From positions 9,626,176-9,690,175 of the forward strand of contig MU058636.1 of NCBI GenBank assembly GCA_013265495.1: 64,000 nt of DNA, given 5' to 3'. Positions 1-13,020 of the stretch are shown here, piece by piece. This stretch comes from Vicugna vicugna (Eukaryota). Below the pieces are notes generated by a model. The model was not told the origin of the DNA. It saw only the letters and a program-made list of their open reading frames with translations, and ran no database searches. The position numbers and the translations under genes are program-made. How positions within the stretch are numbered: position 1 is the stretch's first letter; each line of letters begins with the position of its first letter.

Positions 1-286
1 AGAAATGGGTTGTTGGTGGTTTCTTTACAGTTTTGTCCATAAGTTACATGATATTGAGGAAAGGCTACGATAAAACTAGTGGAAATTGGACTTTGCCCCA
101 AGTAGAAAAAAAAATGATTAGATTTCTGCTTGTTCCTTAGAGGATAAAGTAAGTGCGATTTTGGTTATGTGGTAAATACACTGCATTCTATTAGGGAAAT
201 TATTTTTGAACCGTTAAGAATGGGAAGAAAAGTACATGTTGATATTATGTAACTGAAGGTGTACACTGTGGTGGACAACTGTCATT

Positions 287-352
287 TATCTATCTATCTG
301 TCTGCCTGCCTGTCTGTCTATCTATCTAAATATCTATCTACCTATCTATTTA
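287..352. repeat. Compound (TCTA)n/(TCTG)n microsatellite
   Basis: tatctatctatctgtctgcctgcctgtctgtctatctatc... seen directly. Confidence 0.85.
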
Positions 353-559
353 TTGGTGGGAGTGTGGGTTGCATGGTATAGGAATTCTCATTTTATATTC
401 AAGTAATTGTCCACTTTCTCAGCTCCCCTGACAGTGGGCACAATCTGTTATCTAAGCTCTGCCAATAAACAGCATCTGTCCTAGATTTTTAATCAAGAGA
501 AAGTGATACATGAAGCACAGACAGGGGAGATCGCCTCAGGAGATGGTAGGGTTTTAAAC

Positions 560-876
560 AGCATGGTCTCCAGAAGGCACTGGCGTTGGACCATGGAGGC
601 ACCTTACAACCAGGGTCAGAAGTGTGGCTGAAGTGACCTGTGGATCCAGGCTTCGGCAATAAGGACAATGGGCTCCACGAGGAGCTGCTCTCTGGAGTGA
701 TTTTGGTGATGGCTATCTGTCCCCAGCTTCCTTCGTTTCAGTCTCTCTTCCAAGTGTGTTCCTTCTTCTTTGCTATTAATTCTGAGACATACCCTGAATC
801 CTCTTGTTAAATAAATTTCTATTTAAATCATCCCCAGTCAGCTCCTATAAATTGCAATTAAGAACTCTAACTTATA
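560..876 (+). mobile_element. Old MaLR (MLT1-type) LTR remnant
   Basis: 3' end aataaatttc...ttgcaattaagaactctaacttata resembles the MLT1 LTR terminus. The 5' limit is a guess. Confidence 0.4.
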
Positions 877-889
877 AAGCCATAAAACT

Positions 890-1620
890 TCATTTCATTG
901 CTTCTATTCAGGAAGCCTTTAGTAAGCACATATGTTGTGCAAGATACTGTGTTGGAAACTAGGAAGGCAAAGATGAGTGACAGTCCCCATCATCCACGTG
1001 CTTAAGAATCTGGGGAGGGGGACAACAAATATGTAAATAAATTTTTTAAATAATCACATGACACAAGTTGTAAAAGGTGTATGTATTAACTGCTACGGAA
1101 TTTGCATCAGGGATCAATCAGCTCTGCCCAAGGACAGATGAGGAGCTGTGTGAAGGCACAGACGAGAACTGATATTTGAGTGCAGCCCGAAGGGCAAATA
1201 GGATTTCACCAGTTCCCTAGGAGCAGACATTCCTGGAAGAGTGGCTTGTAGAAGCCAACGTTTGGAGACTTAGAGTTTGTGATGTATTTGTGGCCCAGAA
1301 AATACAGGTGGCTTGAGTGTTGTGATCACAAGCAAGTGCCCAGAAATAAGACTAGAATGATACTCTGAGACCTGATCATGAAGATCTGTTTATGAAGTGT
1401 GTGTACACCATACTGAAAAGTTACTTTATTCAATAGTTGTCATCATGGTTTTTAAAGCAAAAAAGTAATAGGATCATATCTGTTTTAGAAAAATAAGGCT
1501 GGTGTCAATGTAAAGGTAGTAAACTGTGTCAATGCAACACCAACATAGAACACATTTGACAGTTTAGCTGCAAAAGGGTTTGCCTACATTCCAAGTGTGA
1601 GGTGTATAAAACTCAAAATG
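890..1620 (-). mobile_element. L2 LINE 3' fragment
   Basis: cattt...agtaagcacatatgttgtgcaagatactgtgttgga...acagtcccc resembles the antisense L2 3' end. Confidence 0.6.
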
Positions 1621-1649
1621 AAAACCGAGGAAGCAGTAATACAGTCTGA

Positions 1650-1880
1650 TAACTAATGCCAACTTAGCTGGTAACTATGTGACTTGGGGTTGGCCATATA
1701 TCCTTGGAAAGATTTCTTAGCCTTGGATTACTCGTCATAAACACAATACTAATGACATGATCACATGGTCATGATCCCTGTGTTGCAAGGTAGTTGTGAC
1801 AATAATAGTGTATTAAAAGCATCCAGCACTAGTCTGACTCTCAATTAACCTGCATGCTAAGTAACAGCATTTATTATTAC
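1650..1880 (+). mobile_element. MIR SINE (diverged)
   Basis: aactatgtgacttggg...gttgtgacaataat...ttattattact resembles the MIR core and tail. Confidence 0.5.
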
Positions 1881-2509
1881 TAATATAGTGAAAAATGTAG
1901 AGGCTTAACATTCTATTCTATGATTCTCCAGACAAGGCTTTAATAAATGCCATATATATTTTGATGAAGTCAGTATGATGGGACTTCTACTGATTCCAGA
2001 GGCCAAAGAGCAGGAAAACATAAGTAACCATCCAAAAGGGATAAAGGGGAAATAGAGGAGGCCCTCCTTTCAGCTGCTATTTGGAAGGTAAGAATGTCCA
2101 CATTTCACGCTTCAGTCTGGTTCTTCTGTAGTTACGTAAAAACGCTTTCTCTTTTACATGCATGTATTCTGCCGTTAAATTAAAATATTTTGGTCAGATA
2201 TTTTAATTCTTTCACTGTTCTAGTATTTTATGAAGTTCAGTATACATAAATACATTTTACATTTTCACTAAAAGAAAACCTTACCTTCAATAAGAATTGT
2301 TATACAAATAAAATATTATATTTATACATATGTAATTGTATACATATATAAAACACAGGTCTCTGATGTGGCTTACCTGAACATTTATTTTAACTGTTGG
2401 AAAAAAACTGATTTGAACTGTTGAAAAATATTGATTTTAAGCCCTTAGCTTATAATTTATAGTTAGCCTTATAAAAATGGTAAGTGAACATTAAAAAACA
2501 TAAAAATAA

Positions 2510-2638
2510 AGCTCAAGTGTAGAGCACATGCTTAACATGCACAAGGTCCTGGGTTCTATCCCCAGAACCGCCTCTATAAACAAACAAACAAATAAACAAA
2601 CCTAATTACCAACCCCTCCAAAAAACTAAAAAAAAAAT
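2510..2638 (+). mobile_element. tRNA-derived SINE (Vic-1-like, camelid), 5'-truncated
   Basis: agctcaagtgtagagcacatgcttaacatgcacaaggtcctgggttctatccccag, then (AAAC)n, cctaattacc and an A tail. Homologous to the copy at 34761. Confidence 0.85.
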
Positions 2639-3359
2639 TGCTTTGAATGTTTCAATTTTACAATAATTTCCCTGTCTTCATACTACTACATATCATTTTG
2701 ATTTTCAAATTATTTTATTTCCTTTTTTACAATTGCAAATTCAGTGAAGTACAAAACAAACGCAGAAAAGTGGGCCATAATTACCCTACCTTAATAACTT
2801 CCGTTAATAGATTCAGTAACACATGGGTAAGATTAGAAAATTTCAATCCGTTTGTAAAATGAAAAGTGGAAGACTTCCTTCCACAGGAACGCCATCCAGG
2901 ACAAAAAAAAGCCTGAATTTACACGTATTTCGGTCATACACACAAGTAACCACACCATACGCACTATAATGCGCCTTACTTTTTTCACAAACTATATTTT
3001 GGAATTCTTTCCACATCTGCATTTAAATCTTCAGAGCTGGCAACAGCTGCCTTGGACTCTAAAGTGAACTTAACTAGAATTAACTTTTACTGAACGTCTA
3101 AGTTCAGGCACAGGTCTCGGGGTATCTTACTTACGCCCAGCTCAGACTTTCACGGTTCAGGATTCCGAAGTCCTCAATGTCCTAAACCATAATCCCCAAA
3201 CTCCTCCAAACGGGACTTGAATTTCAGCCCACTTCGCACAGGCTCGCGTCAGCCTCCTCCTCCCAGCCGAGGGCCCTGCTCCGCCGCCCGCTTCCACCGA
3301 CTCCCATCGCTCCTACGAGCCTGGCTGAGCGAGCGTCTTCCGGGCAGAGCCTCCCGAGG

Positions 3360-3388
3360 GCGCATGCGCGGCGGGTGTGCGCACGCGC
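3360..3388. promoter_or_regulatory. Two NRF1-like motifs (GCGCATGCGC 3360-3369; TGCGCACGCGC 3378-3388)
   Basis: Match to the palindromic NRF1 core GCGCATGCGC about 100 bp upstream of the ATG, typical of housekeeping CpG promoters. Confidence 0.6.
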
Positions 3389-3445
3389 GCCACTCGCGCT
3401 GCCGGCGCGTCCGCGTCCCGGGCTGAGGTGGCCGGCTCCGAGCCG

Positions 3446-3455
3446 GGGGCGGGGC
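3446..3455 (+). promoter_or_regulatory. GC box (SP/KLF site)
   Basis: GGGGCGGGGC just upstream of the ATG. Confidence 0.5.
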
Positions 3456-3465
3456 GCGCGGCGCG

Positions 3466-3618
3466 ATGGCCGAGGGCGGTGGGGAGGTGGTCGCCGTGCC
3501 CGCGACCGGGCCTGCCAACGGCCTCAACAATGGGGCCGGCGGGACCTCAGCGCAGACCAACAACCCGCTGTCGCGGAAGCTGCGTAAGATTCTGGACACG
3601 CGGCTGGACAACGACAAG
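3466..3618 (+). CDS. COG6: COG6 coding exon 1 (153 nt)
   Basis: gcgATGG Kozak context. Encodes [26 protein letters not shown]...RLDNDK. Donor AAG|gtgagc. Confidence 0.97.
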
Positions 3619-4519
3619 GTGAGCGGGCCTGACGGGGCCGAGGGTCCCGTGGGCTGAGCCAGGCCTGGGGCGGCGTCTGTCCGGTACCCACTCCCTTGTC
3701 CCCACCGCGGAGAGGACCGCAGAGCCGCCGGGGGTTGGGGGTGGGGGTGTTTGGGAAGGGGTAGGCCGAAGAGCCCCTGGAAAAGCGAAGAGGTTTCCTG
3801 GGTGGTACCCCTGTTTAATTAAAACAATTCCTTGAAGGGTCTGGATCCGGAAGGCGAATGGTGGAGCCCCCTGCCCCCGCAGGTGTTCAGGGGCGTCAGC
3901 AGGGAGCGGGAGAGAGGGCCCCGGGCGGGATAAAAAACCCGTGCGAAGGAGCAAGCTACAAGATAAGGCAGCACGAATGGGGTGCGTTCGGGAGGACCCG
4001 GAGGGCAGGGCTAGGCTTCACTGAGCCTTTCCAGGGACAGGTGAAAACAACTAATTTGCAGCGCTAAAGGGCTGCCGCTGCTCATGGCTCAAATGAAATA
4101 CCTACGAGTTTTTGTTGTTAGCTAAGCACAGGCTAGAATGTATGTATGGGCTCATGCTGTGTTTTTTTACAAGGTAAACTGTCCACATTCTCTCCCAAGT
4201 ACCTCCTGAAACTTAGATGGGCCGTTCCAGCTTGGGTGATGGCTGGTTATCTCTTCAATGAGTCGCTAGGTATTGTGACATAAAGGAAAAAATATATATT
4301 TAGAAGTGAGAGTTTTACAGATAATTTTGTAGGTAACTGCAAATAGACCGTCAGTAAGAAATTGAATGTAAAAATATTATAATGTAGTGAGTAAAAAAGA
4401 CGGGCTCTGGGGCACTTATTAGATATAACCACCAAATGGGCGCATTAAGATTTGAGTAAGTCCCTTAACTTCTCTAAGCTTATGTTAAATTTCTCAATTG
4501 GGGATATTACCAGTAACCT

Positions 4520-5190
4520 CAGCTGAACTCCACATTTGTACTATCAGTTGTCTATATGACACCTCCAATTGGATACCTGATCAACATCATAAAGATTTAA
4601 CACGGCCAGAGCTCTTGATTTTTCTCCAGACTAGTTCTGCCCCTCTGTTAGTAAGGAACATCACCCTTTACCCATCAAGCAGGAAGCTTTTGAGTAATTT
4701 TTTATTCCTGTCATTTTTTTCACATCCCACATCCAATCCATTAACTTGTCCTATAGGCTCCACCTTGAAAAGCAGTTTTTTGGAATATCTCCCTGTCTTT
4801 TTATCTGCAATGCTGCCGTCTTGGTCTAAGCCACTGTCAGATCTTGCTTGGGTTATTTTAGTTATTTCCTCTCTGCTTCCTTCCTTGCCCTCCTCTACCA
4901 TCCATTCTTCTCACTAAATTGGAGTAAACTTTTAAAGGTATAAAGCATATTACAATACTCCTTTGCTTAAAAACTCTAGTAGTTTCCCATAGCTTTAGTT
5001 ACACTGGCCTTCTTTCTGGTGCTTTAGGGTCTTTGTACTCACTGTTCCCTCTGCCTGTGAAAGACTTTGCCCCCATGGGTGGCTCTTTCCTACCAGTCAT
5101 ATCTCAGTTCAGAAGTCACCTCACAGAGGCCTTCCTCTCTCAAGTCTAAGTTCTGGTCCCAGTTACTCTGTCCTAGCCTGGTCATTACCA
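4520..5190 (+). mobile_element. L2 LINE fragment
   Basis: Pyrimidine-rich L2-type sequence (cccacatccaatcc..., ctcactgttccctctgcctg..., tcacctcacagaggccttc). Confidence 0.65.
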
Positions 5191-5657
5191 GTGGTACTTA
5201 TTTTTTATATATATACTTCCAGAGAGAGTTTATGCATGCATATAGTCCTTTTTCAACAGTTGATATTATAATGGTTTCTGTACTTTATTATTTCACTTAC
5301 CATACCTTGAAGCTTAGTATGTGAGTACAGAAAGAATTTCCACTTTTTTCCAATGGATATATCCTAATGTCTTTAACCACTCCTTTTTATTTATACGTTA
5401 AGGTTATTTCTAATCTTTGCAATTCCAAACAATTCTGCAATGAATAACCTTGTATATATGCCACAATACACAAGTATGTCCTTATTGTGTTTCAGAAATA
5501 AGTTTACTGTTCAGTAATGTGAAAGTCATCTGGTATTTTTTAGATTGTCTAGTGGAAAACAAATTTTTTGGAAATGATTTTAGTAAATTTTTGCTTGAGA
5601 TTAGAAAAACATTTGAAAATTGGTTCCAATAATGTTCTTTTATTATCAATTATATAG

Positions 5658-5801
5658 GAAATGTTGGAAGCTCTCAAAGCACTTTCAACCTTTTTCGTTG
5701 AAAATAGTTTGCGGACTCGAAGAAATTTACGTGGAGATATTGAACGCAGAAGTTTATCCATCAATGAAGAGTTTGTAAGCATTTTCAAGGAAGTAAAGGA
5801 A
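5658..5801 (+). CDS. COG6: COG6 exon 2 (144 nt)
   Basis: tag|GAA ... GAA|gtatgt. Encodes [48 protein letters not shown]. Confidence 0.97.
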
Positions 5802-6584
5802 GTATGTAAACTCTTGTCATTTAGTATTTATTGAGAGCTTACTGTATGCCTGGTTCTGGGCTAAGGATCTTTATGAATTAGGTTGATATGTTTGCTATTC
5901 TTGTATCATTTCAAATAGAAAATTTAACTACTTCAGCAACATCTAGATTTTTCTTTGCATTAGTGTGATTTCTGAATCTGTAACCTCCACTAACATTGCT
6001 TCTTACAAAGCTGTAACATTTGTTCCAGGATATTCTTTTAGGAATTTAAGCTTTTTAAACAAACAAACAAACAAAATTTCTTTTAGTGATTTTCCACTAG
6101 AAATAGTCCCTCATTGAATAAACCTCCCTTGGATAACCCCTTCTCCATTGGAGATTGATTAGGATTGAGTTACTTTACTGCATCCCAAATCATGAAATTT
6201 TCGGATTAAGATCAGTTACTTCAGTTAATGAATAATGATTCATTATACTTGAGTGAGCAGTCTACTCACCTTAGGGGAAAATGAATTTTATTTATCTTAT
6301 ATTTTATTTATTTACTATGCAATGTTTTGTTAATTATGTTAATATTACAGAGTAATATTACATAGTTGATACTTCTGTGTGAGTTGCATAAAAGTGTCAT
6401 ACATGGTTCCAAGAATGCTTAATAAACACAGATTACTTTTAGCAGTTTAGTAAGATTTCATTGGCTGAAGGCTAATAATCTAGAAAGTTGAAAGGTTTGG
6501 TAGTGTTCATAAAAATAGGGAGAGATAGTGATGAGCACGTGTAAATTGCACTTTCTAAACACATTTCCCACTGAAAGGAAGCAC

Positions 6585-6750
6585 CAAAACAAAGGAGCCA
6601 TGTAAGACTACTGGGAAGCCTCAGAAGGACTCTGGAGCTAACTTAAGAGGCTTCCACTGGCCAAAGATAGGATGATTCAAGCATCAGTAAGAATAACTGC
6701 AGTGGACTGAGACACATCAAACATATAGAAGTCCATGAGTTCTCAGTGGT
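6585..6750 (+). mobile_element. Old L1 (L1MC-like) 3' UTR fragment
   Basis: ggcttccactggccaaagatagg...agcatcagtaagaataactgcagtggactgagacacatcaaa...ccatgagttc. Confidence 0.55.
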
Positions 6751-7244
6751 GCAGGATTATATGTATTGTTTTATAACCCTTTTTTAATCTTATATAGACA
6801 TCTTTCTGTGCTAATACACACGCACAGAGACATTATCATCGTTAATGTATGCACTGATTTCCATTGTGTGGTTGGAAATGTTTCACATTTTCCATTTGTT
6901 TTAGGCAACTCTGTTGATCATCCTCTTACATATATTGTTACACACTAGTCTGATTGATTTCTTTGGATAAATTCATAGCATGAGAATTTCTGAATGTCAG
7001 TTACTCATATTCATAAAGCTTTTGTCATTTTCCTATTGTCAGACCCTCTAAAAAGAATATACTAGGTTTTTTTTTTTTAACATCTTTTCTTGATATTCTT
7101 GTTACCATTTTCAGTCTTAAGTATAGGATCTTTTGTCATGTTTTGGCAAAAAAAGAAGAATCATGGGACAAAAATAAGGAATTGGTTTAAGAGAAGAGGA
7201 ATTTCTGTATATATAATGCTTGATGTTACTCTTTTCCTTTTCAG

Positions 7245-7316
7245 GAGCTTGAAAGCATAAATGAAGATGTTCAAGCAATGAGCAACTGTTGTCAAGACAT
7301 GACAAGTCGCCTCCAG
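7245..7316 (+). CDS. COG6: COG6 exon 3 (72 nt)
   Basis: ttcag|GAG ... CAG|gtactg. Encodes [24 protein letters not shown]. Confidence 0.97.
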
Positions 7317-8624
7317 GTACTGTATAATGGCTGGATTTTAGCATAGTTCCTATACAGAGTAAGCTTTTAGAAATTGCTAGATAGATCTACAAAATGTATG
7401 GATATCTAATATATTATGGGCCCTCTAGGAAGATTATGTAATATTATGCCTATTTTTTTTTAAACTATGTCTTTGTCCTAGTTTTTGAATGTTTGGTTTA
7501 CTAATACTGTGCAGTTAACTTCAGAAGCCTTCATATTTTGATTTTGCCGGTATAGAGATAACTGTAGAATTTTGACAAACCTTTCAATCCCATAATATTT
7601 CACAAGTCCATCAGAAATGAATTCCTTAGTAGAAAACCTTAGGAATAATTCCAAACTAAAGCTATGCCCAGTAAAGACCCAGCTTAAATATGATTTATGC
7701 TTAGCCTAAAAAACATCTGAGGAAAATGTGTGTAAATTTAGGTCTATTCATTAAAGCAGTTCTAAGCCTGTAGTTTGGCTGCAGAGTTAGCATTTGACCT
7801 AATTATGCTCATTCATGTAATTTTGGGATAAATAGAATAGATTCCTCCTGAGTCAGTCATGATTATGTCTGCCGCCTTTGCATTTTTGTCTCAAACTTAT
7901 ACCCCAAGATTCTCTTGGAACTGTTGACAGCTACAGTGATTCTAGGAAGAATCATTAATCTATAATATTCTGTAGATCAATCATAAGCTACTTTTGTCTG
8001 TCTGTAGAACTAGTCAATTTCCTGTTTCTCTAAAATTTTAGCTATCCTAGTCTTCTCTAACTTCTTATTCTCACTAATGTATCAGACATTACTGGCATAT
8101 TTATTGTCCAGCCTTTGGATCTTTGTTAATTATACAATGCTTAAATAATCATGTATCTTTGTCAGTTATTGCCATTTCACATTTTTTTGCACATACTGCT
8201 TTTGTTGCTTAATAAATGATTTTGACTATTGATTTTCTTCAACTTTTTCTTTATTTCCATTTCTCATCTTCTAGCTTTCAGAATTAATGCCTTTTCTCAA
8301 ACTACACTCTGTAATGTTTTCTATACTGTACTTTTGTACCTACGTTGTAATATGCATGTTGTCTCTTGTGTTATATTGCATTACTGTTTCCTGTTTTTAG
8401 TGGTAGCACCTCTTGTTTTCTCATTTTTATCTTGATTATATTTTAATTCTCTTCATGATACCTATTTTTAAGTGTAAAAAGATCAGAATAGTTTTATTCT
8501 TCTTACTGTTTTCAAAACAGTTCCTAGGTATTTTAAATCACAGAGTGTCATCTTCTATTTTGTCCTCTGTATTTTCTTTGCATCCCCCCATCCTATTTTT
8601 CCCCTATAACGGCATGGTTCTTTT

Positions 8625-8775
8625 TTATATTTTTATATCAACCTTATTAGGGAATAATTTATGTGTAATAATAAACTGCATCCATTTGAAGTGTACAAGT
8701 CAGCGCACTTTGACAGTTGTATACAGCCATGCAACAACCCCTATCATCAAGATGTAGAACATTTTTATCACATGC
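8625..8775 (-). mobile_element. Old L1 3' end fragment
   Basis: aataaactgcatccatttgaagtgtaca...tttgacagttgtatacagccatg...caagatgtagaacattt. Confidence 0.65.
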
Positions 8776-10983
8776 AGGATTCCCTCACAGCTGTGTAATT
8801 GAATGTTTAAAAATATTTTGCAGTACCTATTGTTTACATTCATTTTTGATTCTTAGAGTAGTAGGGATTAGATCCATGATTTTTAAAGTTTTATTCACCC
8901 ACTGGAACTAATTTATTTGGGTATCATGTTAATGGAATCTTAATTGTACTCACTCATACTATCAACTCTAGAATAATATTTTAAATTTATTGACTTAAAA
9001 ACAAAAGTATTTTGTGGACTATCTTCCCCTACTTTTTTCATTATTGGATGTTATAAGGACTTAGTTAATATTTTCTAAAATACTTTGGATTAGGGAAATT
9101 TTACAAGTTTTCATAATGAGATACATTTAGAAATTTAATCAGTGATTTTTTTAAAATACTATAGTTTATCCTTTTGGCTGTGGTTTTGCTTGGATAAATT
9201 TCATTTAGAGGTATATGTTTATTATTTAATGAGAAATACTTGTCTTTAACATTTAAGATAAATTGAAGATTGTTTTAGGATAATAATCTTCACTAATATT
9301 AAACATTATTTGGTAATCATTACTACAATTTATAAACTAAGAATCAGGAAATATGCAGAAATCTTACCACATAACATTGTACTCAAGTATCATGTTACAG
9401 TGATTAATAGCGTTGTTTGTAGCATACACCTTCAATTTAATAATGACTGACAGTAAAAAGAAGCCAGCAAACATTTATTGATACTAATTTCATGAAGCAT
9501 TCTTTTTTTTCACCAATATTAAAATTAAATATCTTTTAGAATTGAGGAAATGCTATAGTTAAAAAATTATACAAGGCAATGATAAGGGTGGAAGTGGATC
9601 TTTAAAGCAAAGTGACATTAGGAAGGATAAGATTAGAAGAAGTTACTGGACTTAATAATAATTTTAGGAGAGTAACACGGGAGCCATCATGTTCAGTGCT
9701 GTTTCTTGAAAGTTAGTGGTCTGCTGAAGATACAGCTTCAAATCTATTTTCTTGAAAACATCCAGTATTTGCTAGGTACATAATTTGTTTGGAAAGGACA
9801 CAGACTCTAAATAGCTTCACTAGATATGGGGGTGGGGCTGTCTTATCGATGGGATGTGTATGAAGCAATAAGACAAATTTTATTGAAAATCTGGGAGTTT
9901 GGAGGATTAGGCAGAATCCAGAACCGCGGTGGGGCGGTGGGGCGGCGGGGGCGGATGGTGGTGTTCTAGATCTGAGGCAGCCTGGAAACATTAGCAGCAG
10001 AAGGTAGCAGAAGCATGGCTCTTCGTTGTAGTGTTCCAGCATGACAGTGATCTACACGTATTTGCTCTGGCATCTCCTCTTTAAAATACCGATCCTCCAC
10101 TTGGTGTGTTTGTGTCTGCTTCGTGGTTTCCGCTTACTACTGGGTTTATTTATACACACTTCTGACTCACTTCATGCCCCTTCAAGGCATGGACTCTGTG
10201 TCTCTGCCTGCCTCACAACCACTTGCTTGTTTCTCCTCTCGTTACTAACTGCCTTATTTTTGTAGTATTCCCAGTTCACATCTTTGAGAGAGAACCTCAT
10301 GGCTATCCTTGTAATTTGTTGCAGTTCACTTTATAAACATTTTCCTAATCTTTGGATAAAATAACCTCTCCATCAAGTTTTCGCTCCTGATCCTTTAAGC
10401 TCTGGCTTGGGGTAGGGAGGATTGCTTATTGTGACTTGGTCAGAAACAGCCCAGTGTCCTTTAGATGGGGCTGTCTCTAATCTTCACCAGAAGAAACCCT
10501 AGGTGATGGTTTTTCTGGTGTATTCTAACTGAAATGTTTATCTCCGCCTTGGGTATTTCTGTTGAGTTCCACACCAGCGTATCAGTGACTTGACTCACGA
10601 CTTCATTAGGAGGATTCAGAGCATCCAGCTCAGCATGTCCGTAACTGAAGTCCTGTTCTTCATCCTTAGCGGGCTCTGGCAGTGCTTCTGTTTCACTGAA
10701 AGGCATCAGGAACTGTTAAATTCTTTCCTCAGCATCGTGATACCTTTTTCTTTTCTTGTAAGCCTTGGCATTACGTGTATACTGAGAATTCTGAGTGTGT
10801 TCCTCTTAATAAAGGTAATGTATGAGCCTCGACACGTCTATTTCAACTACTTGGGCCTTTTATACACATTTGAGTTCTAGAGTGTGATCTCATTTGCTGT
10901 AGCCTGAACTCAAGTAAGTGGAAATAGTTTCTGAAGTATAATAAAATTGAAATACGCTGATTTAGATATGTTTATAATTTTAG

Positions 10984-11042
10984 GCTGCAAAGGAGCAGAC
11001 TCAAGATTTAATAGTAAAAACCACTAAGCTTCAAGCTGAAAG
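10984..11042 (+). CDS. COG6: COG6 exon 4 (59 nt)
   Basis: tttag|GCT ... AG|gtaagt. Encodes AAKEQTQDLIVKTTKLQAE(S). Confidence 0.97.
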
Positions 11043-11819
11043 GTAAGTTTTTCTTTACATAATCAACTCTTCACTAATTTGGAGATTACTTGAAAAGAAA
11101 ATTATAGATAGCTCCAAAGTTAAAATAATGAAAAATATTTTAAAAAATGATACAACATATATAACATACAGGGTTCTAAGCTGTTCTCCAAGAGTAAAAT
11201 AAGCATAAAACAGAAGTTTAGGAATGTTGATAATTGGGGTTGAGAGATTATCCCTCTTTGGAAGTGGTGGTGTGTTTGTTTGCTATAGAATTAAAAAATG
11301 ATTGCTTTTTAAAATATGGGTTTTTCAAATTTTTAGTAATTTTCCCCCCAGTCTTTTATTTTTTAACCTATGATTATGCACCCTGCTACAGTCAAGATAC
11401 AGAACCATTTCATCACCACACAGATCTCTCCCATCAGTGGGTGGACCGTGGTGAGGGAAGCTGCAGACTAAGCTGATGTGGAAAGATCAGGACAGCCAAC
11501 TCGATGAGGAGAGGCAGAGGCTGAAGTTCTGTATTCAGAAATAAGCATGTGCCTTTAGCATAAAATTAGAATGTTCTTAGTACAACAATAAATTTTTTGA
11601 AAGAAAAATTCCTGAAAAATAAATTCCCAGTTTAAGACCCACAACATGAATTTTTGTCTTGAGTTATTGATGGCTGACCAGAAAAGCACGTATGGACCCA
11701 GTTGAAAATTGTGACTAAAACCATGAGAGTAACAGATCACCATCACCAGTCCTGTGTTTATTCAAACCCTTTCTGGTCTGAGTTAAATCCGTTGCCCTCT
11801 TTGCTGTAGTGTGTATGTA

Positions 11820-11972
11820 GTGCAGTCTCTTGTAACTGATTGTCGGTTTGATTGACTCTCTTTTCCTACTAAATGGTGAGCTCGTTGAGAACAGTGACAA
11901 TTTCTTACTCTCTTTTTGTGTCTCCAGTGCTTAACACATTGTAGATTCAATACATAATTTTGAGTGAATGAA
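11820..11972 (+). mobile_element. L2 3' terminus
   Basis: gtgagctcgttgagaacagtgac...tgtgtctccagtgcttaacaca...tgagtgaatgaat. Confidence 0.65.
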
Positions 11973-12784
11973 TATGAAATATAACTATTCTAATGTCAGG
12001 AAAGGAACATAAAATGAAAACTGAAAAATAGGCATTGTATTGGAGCTTGTAACACGTGTCAGACTCTGATGAATGTCTACGGGAGGCAATATTAGAACAA
12101 TGTGCTTCTATTTTCCATATATTCTCAAAACTATTTAAGCAAGGTTGTTTATGTTCATCATTTTAGTAAGCCTGTGAAAGTGTTTTGGCCTGGTGTGTTT
12201 TTGGGAAGCGAGCATTTATGACATTCTAGTGTCCGAAGAACTGTAGACGGGATGTGCCAAGTGAACATTTGTGTGGGTGTATTTTAGAAAAATTACATAG
12301 CAGAAATGATGACCACAGTCTCCTGGGAACTGGCAGAGAGCTGTTTTTCCATTTTTAAAAATTAACCTTTTCTTTTTAACAAGAAACTTAGTTAAACAAG
12401 CAATTAGCTTTAGAAATAGAAATTCTATAGGCTTATTTGGATAACATGATATTCAGACAAATGTATAAGGGATATGAATATCTTTTCCAGCTGGATTAAG
12501 AAGGAGGTCATTTTGATAGCTAATGCTCTAATAGGTAAAGTTGGTTGTAGAATTGTCTCCAGAGAACTGCAGCTTAACATTTCCCCTTAATACTTAATTG
12601 GTGGTCAGAAGTTGAGTTTCACTGATGGCTAGGAAAGACTGTATCCAAATGAACATGCCTTCATGTCTTTTAATACCACTGAAAGCTCTGATCAGTATTT
12701 TATTGTCTCTTATAAAGGCCCGCAGTTCACATTTCTCTGTGCTCAGGAAAATACAGCTTCTGGTGAATGTTTCTGTTTGTTTTT

Positions 12785-13020
12785 GAGGTGTAGTGTGTTA
12801 GAGTGGAAAGAATGTAGGCCTTGGAGAGCTGAATTCTAGTCTAAATCTTAGGTAAGAGCTCATTAAATTTTTAATTTTATACAAGTTACATTTCTTAACC
12901 TCTCTTAGTCTCCGTTATCACATCTGAAAAAATGAACTATCTGAATAAACGATGTCACAGGGTTGCTGTGGTGATGAAGTGATTTGTGTAGGAGGCTGAA
13001 CACGCTGTCTGACAAACCTC
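12785..13020 (+). mobile_element. MIR SINE
   Basis: gtgtagtgtgttagagtggaaaga...caagttac...aacctctc...catctgaaaaaatg...cacagggttgctgtg. Confidence 0.7.

Larger units (their letters stand above)
3230..4010. promoter_or_regulatory. CpG island / COG6 promoter spanning exon 1
   Basis: Abrupt GC- and CpG-rich block in AT-rich surroundings. It overlaps the start codon at 3466. Confidence 0.9.

Noticed and set aside
3217..4067. Multiple overlapping ORFs on both strands around exon 1
   Set aside because: Expected stop-codon depletion in a CpG island. They are Arg/Pro/Gly-rich with no recognisable domain, and only the 3466 frame matches COG6.
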